Shown here one piece after another: positions 29,317-39,451 of a stretch of 64,000 bases of DNA. Each line of letters begins with the position of its first letter. Position 1 is the stretch's first letter. Source of the DNA: a virus. A program made the position numbers and the translations under genes. A model generated the notes under the pieces. That model was not told the DNA's origin. It did not search any database and was given only the letters and a program-made list of their open reading frames with translations. The DNA lies in the IMG/VR virus record IMGVR_UViG_3300043399_000587, positions 60,790 to 124,789 of that record; one strand, given 5' to 3'.

Positions 29317-30487
29317 ATTATTTTATATGGGACTTGAGCCCTACAAAGCTAGATATACACTACAATTGCAAGATTGGAACGTAGAAGTTTTTAAACGTAG
29401 AAAAATTAACTACGTTGTTGTACCCGGTGAAACACTTAGCAATGACAAGGCTATCGTGACTGGCCAAGTATTAGATGCACATGGGCGTACCTATTTCGGT
29501 ATGAGCCAACTAATGAATTTAGTAAAAATGATGAAGCACGGGGAAGTTACTAATGAAGATGTTATCTACTTTGAGGACATGTTTCAGCCCGGTATCGAAA
29601 GCTTACCTTATATACTCAATCAAGTTCCTAGTGATTCATGTCCCCGTATCTATGTTCGCTGTCTTGCTCAGTCCATTGATCCTGATGATTTTGTGCATGT
29701 ATGGGGTATGGCGAAGTGGATGGGACACTACGAAAAAATGGTTAATGAGTTCGTGGACGGAGTTCTCGCCACGAACGAAGAAATGGTTGCTCATATGCGT
29801 ATTGCTGGATGGACTGCTCCTATTTACAATATTAGCGGTTTAGCATTCGGTAAAAATGAAGTTGTTAGTCGTGTAGAAAAGTATGTACCTTTTCATGAAC
29901 GTAGGAATCGAGTAGTTTTTTCTGCACGTTGGGATCAAGAAAAACAACCAGATTTTTACATGGATCTTATTGAAGCTTGGCACAAGCGTCACCCTAATCA
30001 AAATATTACGTTTGCTGTATGTAGTGGCGGAAAATTAAAAAGCAACAACGATAGTTACATGAAGCGAACTAGAAAATTACAAGATGAAGGTAAGCTTTTC
30101 GTATACGAAGATTTAGAAAAAAATGATTACTATGATATTGTCAACAACAGTAAGGTAGTGTTCAATTGTGCGTTACAAGATTGGGTTAGTAATACAGTAA
30201 GCGAAGCCGATGCACTTGGTTGCAATGTATTATATCCTGCATATCGTAGTTTTCCCGAAACATTCGCCAATGATCATGAGCGCATGTATATTCCATGGTC
30301 TATAGATGACGCATTAAACAAGTTAGAGCAATTGATCAAGAGGCCACATCCTAACATTGGAAAGATCAGCTCTTATAACAATAGTACTATAGATAGGATA
30401 TGTGATATCCTTGAAGGTAAAGGGGACAAATATCTTAGAATGTCGTCAGATTATAGAAAACACACACGAGAATCAAAATATGCTTGA
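29309..30487 (+). CDS. GT-B glycosyltransferase
   Basis: [28 protein letters not shown]. Confidence 0.7.
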   Translation: MRKLFYMGLEPYKARYTLQLQDWNVEVFKRRKINYVVVPGETLSNDKAIVTGQVLDAHGRTYFGMSQLMNLVKMMKHGEVTNEDVIYFEDMFQPGIESLPYILNQVPSDSCPRIYVRCLAQSIDPDDFVHVWGMAKWMGHYEKMVNEFVDGVLATNEEMVAHMRIAGWTAPIYNISGLAFGKNEVVSRVEKYVPFHERRNRVVFSARWDQEKQPDFYMDLIEAWHKRHPNQNITFAVCSGGKLKSNNDSYMKRTRKLQDEGKLFVYEDLEKNDYYDIVNNSKVVFNCALQDWVSNTVSEADALGCNVLYPAYRSFPETFANDHERMYIPWSIDDALNKLEQLIKRPHPNIGKISSYNNSTIDRICDILEGKGDKYLRMSSDYRKHTRESKYA

Positions 30488-30504
30488 CAATTGTAGGAAA
30501 AATA

Positions 30505-31611
30505 ATGCTCATAGAAAATGAACCAAAGTTAGATTTCAAAGATGTTCTTATTAGGCCAAAGCGTAGTACGCTTAGCAGTCGCAAAGAGGTTGATTTAAAC
30601 CGCACGTATAAATTTAAACATAGTGGATGGGAATGGACTGGTGTCCCAATCATGGCTGCTAACATGGATGGAGTAGGAACTTTTAATATGGCAGAAGCAT
30701 TACAAGAACATAAAATGTTTACTTGTCTTGTTAAAAGTTATGTGCTGAATGATTTTATCTATATGCAAGAACTTATCAATGGCAAGCATTTTGCTGTTAG
30801 TACAGGGACCAGCGATCACGATTGGTCTAAATTACAACAAATTCTAAATGCATTTCCAGAATTTCATTTTATTTGCATTGACGTAGCAAATGGATACAGT
30901 GAACACTTTGGAGATTTTGTTGCTAAAGTTCGTGCTAGATATCCCAAACATACAATCATTGCTGGTAATGTTGTTACGGCAGATATGACACAGGAGTTAA
31001 TTTTACGTGGCGCAGATATTATTAAAGTTGGTATTGGGCCTGGTAGTGTTTGTACTACTCGTATTCAAACTGGGGTGGGCTACCCACAACTTAGTGCTAT
31101 TATTGAATGTGCCGATGCTGCTCACGGTCTTGGTGGTCATATTGTGGCTGACGGTGGATGTACTTGTCCTGGTGATGTTGCTAAAGCTTTTGGTGCGGGT
31201 GCTGACTTCGTAATGCTAGGTGGTATGCTAGCTGGGCATGACGAGGGCGGTGGAGAAGTAATTACAAATCATTTTAAAACCAATGAAGTCCTAACCAAAG
31301 AAGTTGATAAAGATGGTATTATGCTAATTCATAACTATAAAGTTGAAGAAAAAAAGTTTGTTCAATTTTACGGTATGAGTAGTGATACTGCAATGGAAAA
31401 ACATCACGGTGGTGTAGCAAGTTATCGTAGTAGCGAAGGACGCACTGTAAAAATTCCTTACCGAGGCAAAGTAAATGATACTGTATTAGATTTGCTAGGT
31501 GGATTGCGTAGTGCTTGTACTTATGTGGGTGCCCCTACACTAAAACAACTTAGTAAATGTACCACTTTCATTAAAGTCAACAGACAAATTAATGATGTTT
31601 TCTTAAAGTGA
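30505..31611 (+). CDS. guaC: GMP reductase
   Basis: [50 protein letters not shown]. Confidence 0.93.
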   Translation: MLIENEPKLDFKDVLIRPKRSTLSSRKEVDLNRTYKFKHSGWEWTGVPIMAANMDGVGTFNMAEALQEHKMFTCLVKSYVLNDFIYMQELINGKHFAVSTGTSDHDWSKLQQILNAFPEFHFICIDVANGYSEHFGDFVAKVRARYPKHTIIAGNVVTADMTQELILRGADIIKVGIGPGSVCTTRIQTGVGYPQLSAIIECADAAHGLGGHIVADGGCTCPGDVAKAFGAGADFVMLGGMLAGHDEGGGEVITNHFKTNEVLTKEVDKDGIMLIHNYKVEEKKFVQFYGMSSDTAMEKHHGGVASYRSSEGRTVKIPYRGKVNDTVLDLLGGLRSACTYVGAPTLKQLSKCTTFIKVNRQINDVFLK

Positions 31612-31692
31612 TAAATACATATGTTGCATAAAGGCAACTAATTAGACTTAGGTCTCGTTGAGCATTAACGTTAGATGCTTTGAAAGGAACAT

Positions 31693-32370
31693 ATGTATAA
31701 ACTTTATCAAATAACCAATACGATTAACGGAAAATCGTACATAGGTATCACAAAACTCTCAATACATGAAAGATGGAATGTTCATGTATCCAATTCAAGA
31801 AAGCCCAAATATCCAATACATCATGCTATAGCAAAATATGGGCATGAAGTATTTATTATTAAATTGCTTGAAGAAAGTGAAGACCGCAACCTTATTTCTT
31901 CTTTAGAAGAATCAACTATTCGGCAATTAAAAACGCATATAACACAACAAGGGTATAATATTGCTAAAGGTGGCTTCGGCGGAGATTTAGGTCTAGTTGT
32001 AAATCATAAAAGAAAAGAAACAATAAAAAATCTAAGCCCAGAGAAGAAACAAGAATGGACTAAGAATCTTAGCATGGTAAGAATAGGAAAGAAACATTCT
32101 ACCCAAACTAAGGAAAAAATGTCTAAGTTACAAAAAGATCGAGGCGGGTACGGTCCTGAAAAACATTCAGCCTCAACTAAAGAAAAAATCTCAAAGGGTA
32201 ATAGAGGAAAAACTCGTTCAGAAATCTCTAGACAACACTATAGAGAATCTGCTAAAATAAGAGGAACTGGCCCTCAATTACAAGGTAAAAAAGTTAGTTG
32301 CCTTTGCTGTAATAGAGCATGGGATTTAGGTAATTTCGCACAGCACATAAGGAAAATAAATGAGTTTTAA
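31693..32370 (+). mobile_element. Free-standing GIY-YIG homing endonuclease with NUMOD3-like repeats
   Basis: LYQITNTINGKSYIG, GYNIAKGG, KHS..TKEK.S repeats; overlaps folE start. Confidence 0.85.
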
Positions 32371-33040
32371 CAAACAAAAAACAGACCCTGCACTAGGATT
32401 AAAAGTACATGAACATTTGGTTAAAATGGGAGTAGAAACGCCAACTGTTGTTAATGGATTGAGCCGAACAGACAAAATAGATATTATTGAAGCAAAATTT
32501 ACAGACATTATGAAGGCATTAGGTCTTGATTTGACTGATGACAGCCTAATTGAAACTCCTAAGCGAGTGGCAAAAATGATGGTAACCGAAACAATGTGGG
32601 GATTAGACTACGAGGCTTTTCCTAAGTGCACAACAGTAAATAATAAGATGAAGTATAACGAAATGGTGGTAGAAAGAAATGTCTCAGTTCAAAGCAATTG
32701 TGAGCACCATTTTGTTGTTATTGATGGTCTTGCTACTGTGGCATATGTCCCTAAGGATAAAGTTCTGGGACTATCTAAAATCAATCGTATCGTAGAATAC
32801 TTTAGTAAGCGCCCACAAATTCAAGAGCGGCTAACCGAGCAGATTTTTCACACATTGCAGTTTATTCTTGAAACTGAAGATGTTGCTGTTATGATTGACG
32901 CGCAACATTATTGTGTCAAGAGCCGAGGCGTAGAAGATACTGGAAGTTCTACTGTCACAAGTAGATTGGGCGGTGGTTTCAAAACAGATCAAGCAGCCCG
33001 AGCAGAGTTTCTTAATATTGCTATGAAGGGCTGCAAGTAA
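32360..33040 (+). CDS. folE: GTP cyclohydrolase I
   Basis: ETPKRVAKM, CEHH, GLSKINR, QIQERL, HYCVKSRG. Confidence 0.95.
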   Translation: MSFNKQKTDPALGLKVHEHLVKMGVETPTVVNGLSRTDKIDIIEAKFTDIMKALGLDLTDDSLIETPKRVAKMMVTETMWGLDYEAFPKCTTVNNKMKYNEMVVERNVSVQSNCEHHFVVIDGLATVAYVPKDKVLGLSKINRIVEYFSKRPQIQERLTEQIFHTLQFILETEDVAVMIDAQHYCVKSRGVEDTGSSTVTSRLGGGFKTDQAARAEFLNIAMKGCK

Positions 33041-33195
33041 TGGAGTACTTTATTTTTGGTATGGTAGTAGGATATTATATACTTTATCCTATTCAACAAG
33101 CTATCAACAAAGGTTTTTCTGAATCCCACAAATCAACATGTTGTGCTGGCAACTGTAATCAAGGTCGTAAGTGTACCTGTGTACCGAAGGATTAA
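33040..33195 (+). CDS. Small membrane protein with Cys cluster (not in ORF track)
   Basis: MEYFIFGMVVG...CCAGNCNQGRKCTC. Confidence 0.6.
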   Translation: MEYFIFGMVVGYYILYPIQQAINKGFSESHKSTCCAGNCNQGRKCTCVPKD

Positions 33196-33197
33196 AA

Positions 33198-33434
33198 GTG
33201 GGATTTATAAAACCAATGGATTACAATGATGTACATCATCAAGTTTACATGGCGGGAATAGAACTTCATAGTCCATATAACGATGGCTACAATCAATGGA
33301 TGATTAAACAAGAGTTATATCGTATCAAATGGTTAGTAGATAACATTCTTAAGGATAGTCCTACTTTTTCAGGAGAGGAAGAATTCTTAAAAGAACATGA
33401 GCAAGTAGTAATGTGGCGTAAACTCAAAAATTAA
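33198..33434 (+). CDS. Hypothetical protein
   Basis: GTG start; compact ORF. Confidence 0.65.
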   Translation: MGFIKPMDYNDVHHQVYMAGIELHSPYNDGYNQWMIKQELYRIKWLVDNILKDSPTFSGEEEFLKEHEQVVMWRKLKN

Positions 33435-33463
33435 AAATATAGAGTAAAGAAAGTTTTATATAA

Positions 33464-33931
33464 ATGATTTTCAACAGAGTTAAAGACCTTAAGGATCAAG
33501 GTAAAAGAATTGGTATAACGTTTAGCCAATTTGATTTGCTTCATGCAGGGCATATTGCTATGTTGGCTGAAGCTAAAAACCACTGTGATTATCTTATTGC
33601 AGGATTACAAAACAATGCAAATTGGGATCGCCCTGAAAAGAATGCACCCATTCAAAGTATTGTTGAAAGGCAAATACAATTAGCTGCGGTTAAGTTTGTA
33701 GATGAAATTGTCGTGTATAATACGGAAAAAGACTTAGAAGATATACTATTGACATTACCCGTAGATGTGCGTATACTAGGTGTTGAGTACATGGAGAAAG
33801 ATTTTACAGGACGAGCGATATGCGAGAAGCGAAAAATAGAACTTATATTCAATGGTCGTGATCATAGTTTCAGTAGTTCTAACCTACGCAAACGTGTTGC
33901 AGAAGCTGAACAAAATAAAAACAGTAAATAA
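33464..33931 (+). CDS. TagD-like cytidylyltransferase
   Basis: FDLLHAGH, VDEIV, FSSSNLR. Confidence 0.85.
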   Translation: MIFNRVKDLKDQGKRIGITFSQFDLLHAGHIAMLAEAKNHCDYLIAGLQNNANWDRPEKNAPIQSIVERQIQLAAVKFVDEIVVYNTEKDLEDILLTLPVDVRILGVEYMEKDFTGRAICEKRKIELIFNGRDHSFSSSNLRKRVAEAEQNKNSK

Positions 33932-33935
33932 AGAT

Positions 33936-33978
33936 AGCGGTCTAGGGCATTCATCCCGCTTTACAAATTCTGCATGTC
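33936..33978 (+). ncRNA. Candidate preQ1-I-like riboswitch in queD leader
   Basis: AGCGG/CCGCT stem, loop ending CAUC, ACAAA tail; directly after TAAATA (33925). Confidence 0.45.
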
Positions 33979-34010
33979 ATCAAACTTGCTACTTTTAAAG
34001 GAGACTAGAG

Positions 34011-34526
34011 ATGGCAAACTTACAACCAATAGCTTACAAATATGTGAGCACAAAAGAATATCACGATGCGTTTCCGTGTGCATATCGCCAATGGCGTGCT
34101 AATAGTCATTGTAATCTTATACACGGTTATAGTTTCAGTATGAAATTCTATTTTGGTACAAATGAGTTAGATGTTCGTAACTGGGCTATGGACTACGGTG
34201 GATTAAAAGAATTAAAGAAAATTCTTGAGGATCAATTTGATCATACACTACTAGTTGCAGAAGACGATCCGGAATTAGAAACATTTAAGATGTTACAAGA
34301 AAAGAAGTTGGCTAAACTTACCATACTTCCTAGATTGGGATGTGAGGGCTTAGCTGATATGCTTTACAAATACGTAAACAGTGTATACATCCCAGACATG
34401 TTGGGTGAGCATGAAGCAACTAGATTGTGGTGCTACCGTGTAGAGGTTCGTGAGACACAAAGCAATATGGCTTTCCGTGAAGGTCACCGCGAATGGAATG
34501 AGGACTTGTCTGAAGGATTTGAGTAA
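34011..34526 (+). CDS. queD: 6-carboxy-tetrahydropterin synthase
   Basis: HCNLIHGY, DYG, FDHT, GCEGLA, VRET. Confidence 0.85.
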   Translation: MANLQPIAYKYVSTKEYHDAFPCAYRQWRANSHCNLIHGYSFSMKFYFGTNELDVRNWAMDYGGLKELKKILEDQFDHTLLVAEDDPELETFKMLQEKKLAKLTILPRLGCEGLADMLYKYVNSVYIPDMLGEHEATRLWCYRVEVRETQSNMAFREGHREWNEDLSEGFE

Positions 34527-34550
34527 AAATATGAAGGTTTGAACTTGTAA

Positions 34551-35636
34551 ATGCATTACGTATTGAAATCTCAATCTGAGTATGCGTTATCCGAATCAGT
34601 GTTAAAAAACTACGGCTGCACAAAACTTTCAAATTATTTTGAAATTCACACTAATGGAAATATTAGTTTGTGTTGTTATACCTGGCTTCCTGTTTTTTGC
34701 GGTAACATTCTAGAAAATTCACCTGAAGAAATATTAAACAATACAAAAAGGTTGAAATTGATTGACGACATGAGTAAAGGAGAGTATACCGAGTGTAATG
34801 ATCATTGCCCTTATATTAGTGCTACGTTAAACGGCAGTAGATATCCATCTGAATGGGTAGTTCCAATAAATAGTTTTAATCAAGAAAAAAACATCAAACC
34901 TTATGTCATAGGATTAAGCTATGATACATCGTGTAATTTACAATGTCCAAGTTGTCGAAATAGCCTACAATTTTTTCAACTCGATGAAAATAAAAAATTA
35001 TCCGAGATTCATGAGAAAACAAAACAGTTTATTGATTTCTTATTGGCAAAGGGTATAAGCCTGATAATCGTTATTAGTGGTAGTTCTGATCCTTTTGCAG
35101 GACCCACATTTTGGAATTACTTGAAAGAGTTGTCTTTAAATCCTGAATCGGATATTAGATTACAATTAATAACCAATGGCACTTTAATGACACAAACTAA
35201 GCTACTAGAAATAAAACCTTTATTACCAAAGATAACACAAATTACTTTAAGCATAGATGCCGCTGATGAAACTACGTATAAAATAGTACGTAAAAATGGA
35301 TCTTTCAGAAAGTTAGAAGAAAATGTAAAGAATCTCAATGATTTAATTTCAAATGGGTTTTTACCAAATCTCAGAGTATTAGTATCTACATTTGTTGTCC
35401 AAAAGAGAAATTTTAGGGAAATGAAGGAATTTATATTGTGGCAATTGTGTTATAATAACATACACAAAATTTATTTTTCTGCAGTAGCACAATGGGGACA
35501 CATTAACGATATTGATTTTCAACTAAATTTTTGTCTTAATGAAGAAGAAAAAATAGAATTGAAAGAAATCTTGAAGGATCCAATATTTTCTCATCCTAAA
35601 GTTATGTTGGGTAATGTACTTAGTCTTATAAAGTGA
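34551..35636 (+). CDS. Radical SAM protein with N-terminal SPASM/twitch-like domain
   Basis: CNLQCPSC, TNG, SIDA; N-terminal C...GNISLCC...GN. Confidence 0.8.
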   Translation: MHYVLKSQSEYALSESVLKNYGCTKLSNYFEIHTNGNISLCCYTWLPVFCGNILENSPEEILNNTKRLKLIDDMSKGEYTECNDHCPYISATLNGSRYPSEWVVPINSFNQEKNIKPYVIGLSYDTSCNLQCPSCRNSLQFFQLDENKKLSEIHEKTKQFIDFLLAKGISLIIVISGSSDPFAGPTFWNYLKELSLNPESDIRLQLITNGTLMTQTKLLEIKPLLPKITQITLSIDAADETTYKIVRKNGSFRKLEENVKNLNDLISNGFLPNLRVLVSTFVVQKRNFREMKEFILWQLCYNNIHKIYFSAVAQWGHINDIDFQLNFCLNEEEKIELKEILKDPIFSHPKVMLGNVLSLIK

Positions 35637-35640
35637 ATAT

Positions 35641-36492
35641 ATGAATCAAATTAAAGTTAGCGAATTGTTCTATTCAATACAAGGAGAAGGCAGATACATG
35701 GGTGTACCTAGTGTCTTTCTTCGAACATTTGGATGTAATTTCAAATGTGCAGGATTTGGCATGCCCAAAGGACAATTGAGTGAGGAGAGAATACAAGTTG
35801 CGCAATCCATAAAAACTTATAAAGATTATAAATCCCTACCACTTGTCAGCACAGGATGCGACAGCTATGCATCTTGGGACCCAGCTTTTAAACATCTTAG
35901 TCATTACTATAGTACCGCTGATATTGTTACTAGGATTATGGATTTACTTCCTAGACACAGTTGGCAAGATGAGCACTTGGTTATTACGGGCGGCGAACCG
36001 TTACTAGGATGGCAACAGTTGTATCCTGAATTACTAAGTCATCCAAACATGTTGCCTCTTAAAGAATTGACATTTGAAACAAACGGAACACAAGAGTTAG
36101 GTCCAGAACTTAAAAAGTTTTTTCAAAAGCAATGGCATAAACAGAAGGGTCTTGAGACTATTACATTTAGTGTTAGCGCAAAACTTTCTAGTAGCGGAGA
36201 GAAACGTGAAGATGCTATCTGTCCTGAAGTTGTGCGTGAGTACGAAATGTATGGACATGCATATTTAAAGTTTGTTATTGCTACGCAAGAAGATATTGAA
36301 GAAGTATTAGAAGTAGTAGACATTTATCGTAAGTCAGGTTTTATGGGTAACGTCTATGTCATGCCAGTAGGCGGAGTAGAGAAAGTTTACAATATGAATA
36401 ACAGAAAAGTGGCAGGGTTTGCAATGAAGCATGGTTTGAGATATAGTGACAGACTTCAAGTACCTCTTTTCAAGAACCTTTGGGGTACGTAA
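35641..36492 (+). CDS. queE: 7-carboxy-7-deazaguanine synthase
   Basis: ELFYSIQGEG, FLRTFGCNFKC...CD, ITGGEP, ETNGT, SAKL. Confidence 0.9.
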   Translation: MNQIKVSELFYSIQGEGRYMGVPSVFLRTFGCNFKCAGFGMPKGQLSEERIQVAQSIKTYKDYKSLPLVSTGCDSYASWDPAFKHLSHYYSTADIVTRIMDLLPRHSWQDEHLVITGGEPLLGWQQLYPELLSHPNMLPLKELTFETNGTQELGPELKKFFQKQWHKQKGLETITFSVSAKLSSSGEKREDAICPEVVREYEMYGHAYLKFVIATQEDIEEVLEVVDIYRKSGFMGNVYVMPVGGVEKVYNMNNRKVAGFAMKHGLRYSDRLQVPLFKNLWGT

Positions 36493-36678
36493 AATAGTAT
36501 CATAAATATATATTTATATCACGGTAGATTTTGGCATGGATGCCCGAAAACATATGACCCCGAAATGATTCATCCTATAGTTAAACTACCCATGAAAGAT
36601 TTATATGAAAAAACAATCATGTATGAAACCAAAATCAAAAATGCAGGATATAACCTAATAGTAAAATGGGGAACTTAA
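36493..36678 (+). pseudogene. Remnant of Vsr/DUF559-like endonuclease
   Basis: YHGRFWHGCP...YEKT...KNAGYNLIVKW; no start codon upstream of the FWHG motif. Confidence 0.65.
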
Positions 36679-36860
36679 TGACAAGAGTAATTTTGACACC
36701 TAATCAATTTGAAAAAATCAAAGAAGTATTTGAACAATATGATGTTGATTATGTAGAATGGAACGAAGAATCTAGTAGTGGAATTGGTCCTACAGTTACG
36801 CTTAGGTTTCAACCAAAAAAAGATGTAATTATTGACATTACAGATTTAAGGAGCTGGTAA
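36678..36860 (+). CDS. Hypothetical protein
   Basis: TAATG coupling. Confidence 0.65.
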   Translation: MTRVILTPNQFEKIKEVFEQYDVDYVEWNEESSSGIGPTVTLRFQPKKDVIIDITDLRSW

Positions 36861-37087
36861 TGTTTTACGTCAATGATCCCGAATTTGGGTTTAAAACACG
36901 TTGTATAGGTACTGAGTTAAAATTTGTATTCTTTCCTAAACGGTGTTTTATTAGTGAAAAAATATTGTGGTTAGAGTATGCTTACCGACAAACAGCAATG
37001 TATACTGGTCCCGGTGAGCCTGTGTTTGAATACCGTTGGTATGACAAAACAGAATTTATTATAGCAAAGATAAAAGAAACAATTTAA
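36860..37087 (+). CDS. Hypothetical protein
   Basis: TAATG coupling; AAGGAG. Confidence 0.65.
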   Translation: MFYVNDPEFGFKTRCIGTELKFVFFPKRCFISEKILWLEYAYRQTAMYTGPGEPVFEYRWYDKTEFIIAKIKETI

Positions 37088-37290
37088 TGGAAACACATAA
37101 AAGAACAATAGCTAGAATGATTAGCTATCGTATTACAGCCTGGTTATTCACTATATTATGGACATATATGTTTACAGGAAACATCGGGCAAGCGACAGGT
37201 TTTGCTACTGCATTACATATTTTACTGAGTGTCGATTATTATATTCATGAACGAATTTGGCTTAAAATTAAATGGGGTAAAACAGAGTGA
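37087..37290 (+). CDS. DUF2061-like small membrane protein
   Basis: ETHKRTIARMISYR...YYIHERIW. Confidence 0.75.
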   Translation: METHKRTIARMISYRITAWLFTILWTYMFTGNIGQATGFATALHILLSVDYYIHERIWLKIKWGKTE

Positions 37291-38624
37291 AGACTTATCA
37301 AAAACGGATAGGATTCTTGGTTAGTTATCAAACACTAATTCCACATGGTGGTATTGGTCAATTTGCAAAAAGTTTTTGCGAGTTAATGGATGAATACAAT
37401 ATCAAGGTTGATATCATAACAGATAAAGAACCTAAAGATAATGAATTCGTAAAGTCATTGAAGGCAAACATCATTGCACCACTTAGTTCATTGCCATATA
37501 CTGACCATAGCAATATCTTTATGTATGGTGATACGTTTTGCTATGAGCGTATGGTTAACTTTCGAAATGCTATCATAGAAGCACTAGAACACAACCTATA
37601 TGATGCTTTTATCTGTAATACATACGAATCTATACAGGTAGCATTAACAATGGGTCTTGAAGATTGTATCCAAGTAATAGCTTATACACATTTAGAAAGT
37701 CAAATCTTCAAAGATACTAAGAATCCATTTTTACATTCTACTAACGACATGATGCGTAAGCAACTTGAATGTAACAGTTTATGGATTGGAACACAAAGTA
37801 AATTTAATCAAATCTCAATGAGCAATGGATCATGGTATCTTCCTATCCCCATTACTGAAAGAGCATTGCTAGAAGAATATAAAGGTCATCGTGAGGGTGT
37901 ACTATTTGTAGGTCGTTGGGAAGAAGGAAAGAATCCTGAACTATTCATTGACTTGATAGAACAAACAAAGTTACCTGCTAAGGTAATGACTAGCCCCAAT
38001 GGTGTGAAGAAATTTGAAGACCGACTAAAAAAGATTGGCGTTTCTTATGATGTACGTGCCAGTATTGTAGGACAAGAGAAAGTAGACTTTATCAAGAGTT
38101 CACGCATTGCATTTAATCCTAGTATTGTTGAAAGCTATGGTATGGCGTTCTACGAACAGCACATACAATTGCCCACACTAGTGTTAGAAAATCAACGTTG
38201 GACTAATAACTTCAATGAGGAGTTTTTCTATAAATGTACTAAAAAGAACATGGCACAAAAGGCACTAGAATTGTATGAGAAGTTTGAAAAACCAGAAACT
38301 TACTACAGTTTGGGTGCATTAGAACATGCCAACTCTATAGAGAAAAGAGCATTTCATCGTTGGAATGATTGTTTTCATGAGTTTTCAGCAAAACAGTCAA
38401 ACACTAATACGGCAAAAATTTGTCAGGAAACTACAGTAAAGCTACAAGATTACATCAGAGAACTAAATCGTAAAATTATTTGTATTGATGATATTCGTAG
38501 TGTGTTAGCTAACAAACACAAATTTCGTGTCATCTATACTGACGAAGATACATATTTGACCAAAGACCCTAACTTTGAACCCAAAGAAGAAGTAACGGGC
38601 TTGGCATTATTTGAAGAAATGTAA
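37287..38624 (+). CDS. GT-B (GT4-like) glycosyltransferase
   Basis: GGIG, LFVGRWEEGKNP, PSIVESYGMAFYE. Confidence 0.8.
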   Translation: MKTYQKRIGFLVSYQTLIPHGGIGQFAKSFCELMDEYNIKVDIITDKEPKDNEFVKSLKANIIAPLSSLPYTDHSNIFMYGDTFCYERMVNFRNAIIEALEHNLYDAFICNTYESIQVALTMGLEDCIQVIAYTHLESQIFKDTKNPFLHSTNDMMRKQLECNSLWIGTQSKFNQISMSNGSWYLPIPITERALLEEYKGHREGVLFVGRWEEGKNPELFIDLIEQTKLPAKVMTSPNGVKKFEDRLKKIGVSYDVRASIVGQEKVDFIKSSRIAFNPSIVESYGMAFYEQHIQLPTLVLENQRWTNNFNEEFFYKCTKKNMAQKALELYEKFEKPETYYSLGALEHANSIEKRAFHRWNDCFHEFSAKQSNTNTAKICQETTVKLQDYIRELNRKIICIDDIRSVLANKHKFRVIYTDEDTYLTKDPNFEPKEEVTGLALFEEM

Positions 38625-39451
38625 TGAAGAAGATTTTAATTACGGGCAGCGCAGGATACATAGGTTCACATTTATGTGATATGTTGATGGGAGAATATGA
38701 AGTTCACGGACTAGATATTGCACCACAAAAAGTAGAGATAGATAAATTTTACAACATCGACATTAATAAACAATTTTTAATCGATGGTATAGAGTTTGAT
38801 GCAGTCATACATCTAGCTGCACTAACCAGTGTAGGTGAAAGTCAAGAAAGGCCAATCAGCTATTACATTACTAACCTAAACGGCACAATGAATGTACTAA
38901 ACAAATGTAAGACAAAGAATTTTATATTTGCAAGTACAGGAGCAGCACAAGATTGTCTAAGTGCCTATGGTGTTAGTAAACGTGCAGCAGAAGATGTAGT
39001 TCGTGCATATACAAAAATGGCAGGGGCCGAGTATACAATCTTTAGATTTTATAATGTAATTGGTTCTACTGTAACAATGCCGACGAATCCTGATGGATTG
39101 TTTTATAATTTAAACAAAGCACGTGAATCAGGATCTTTTACTATATACGGCAATGATTACCCTAACACTAGCGACGGTACATGTGTACGTGATTATTTGC
39201 ACGTAGAAGAAGTTTGTCATTCTATCAAGATGGCTATAGAGAAACCTGCCAATAACACAGAATGCTTAGGACACGGTGTAGGATATACAGTTAGAGAAAT
39301 AGTAGATTTATTCCAACGTGTCAATGATTGTGACTTTGATATTGTCAAAGGTCCTCGTCGTGATGGTGATATTGAATACTATGTGTTAGAGAACGTAAGT
39401 CCGTATATGAAAAATCTATACTCTATCGAGGATTTGTTAAAGATACAATAA
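38624..39451 (+). CDS. NAD-dependent sugar epimerase (GalE-like)
   Basis: TGSAGYIGSH, HLAA..VGES, YGVSK, RFYNV, DGTCVRDY. Confidence 0.9.
   Translation: MKKILITGSAGYIGSHLCDMLMGEYEVHGLDIAPQKVEIDKFYNIDINKQFLIDGIEFDAVIHLAALTSVGESQERPISYYITNLNGTMNVLNKCKTKNFIFASTGAAQDCLSAYGVSKRAAEDVVRAYTKMAGAEYTIFRFYNVIGSTVTMPTNPDGLFYNLNKARESGSFTIYGNDYPNTSDGTCVRDYLHVEEVCHSIKMAIEKPANNTECLGHGVGYTVREIVDLFQRVNDCDFDIVKGPRRDGDIEYYVLENVSPYMKNLYSIEDLLKIQ

Noticed and set aside
36490-36492. Stop-codon read-through fusing QueE to the nuclease fragment
   Set aside because: TAA stop after a complete QueE; the fragment lacks most of the nuclease.
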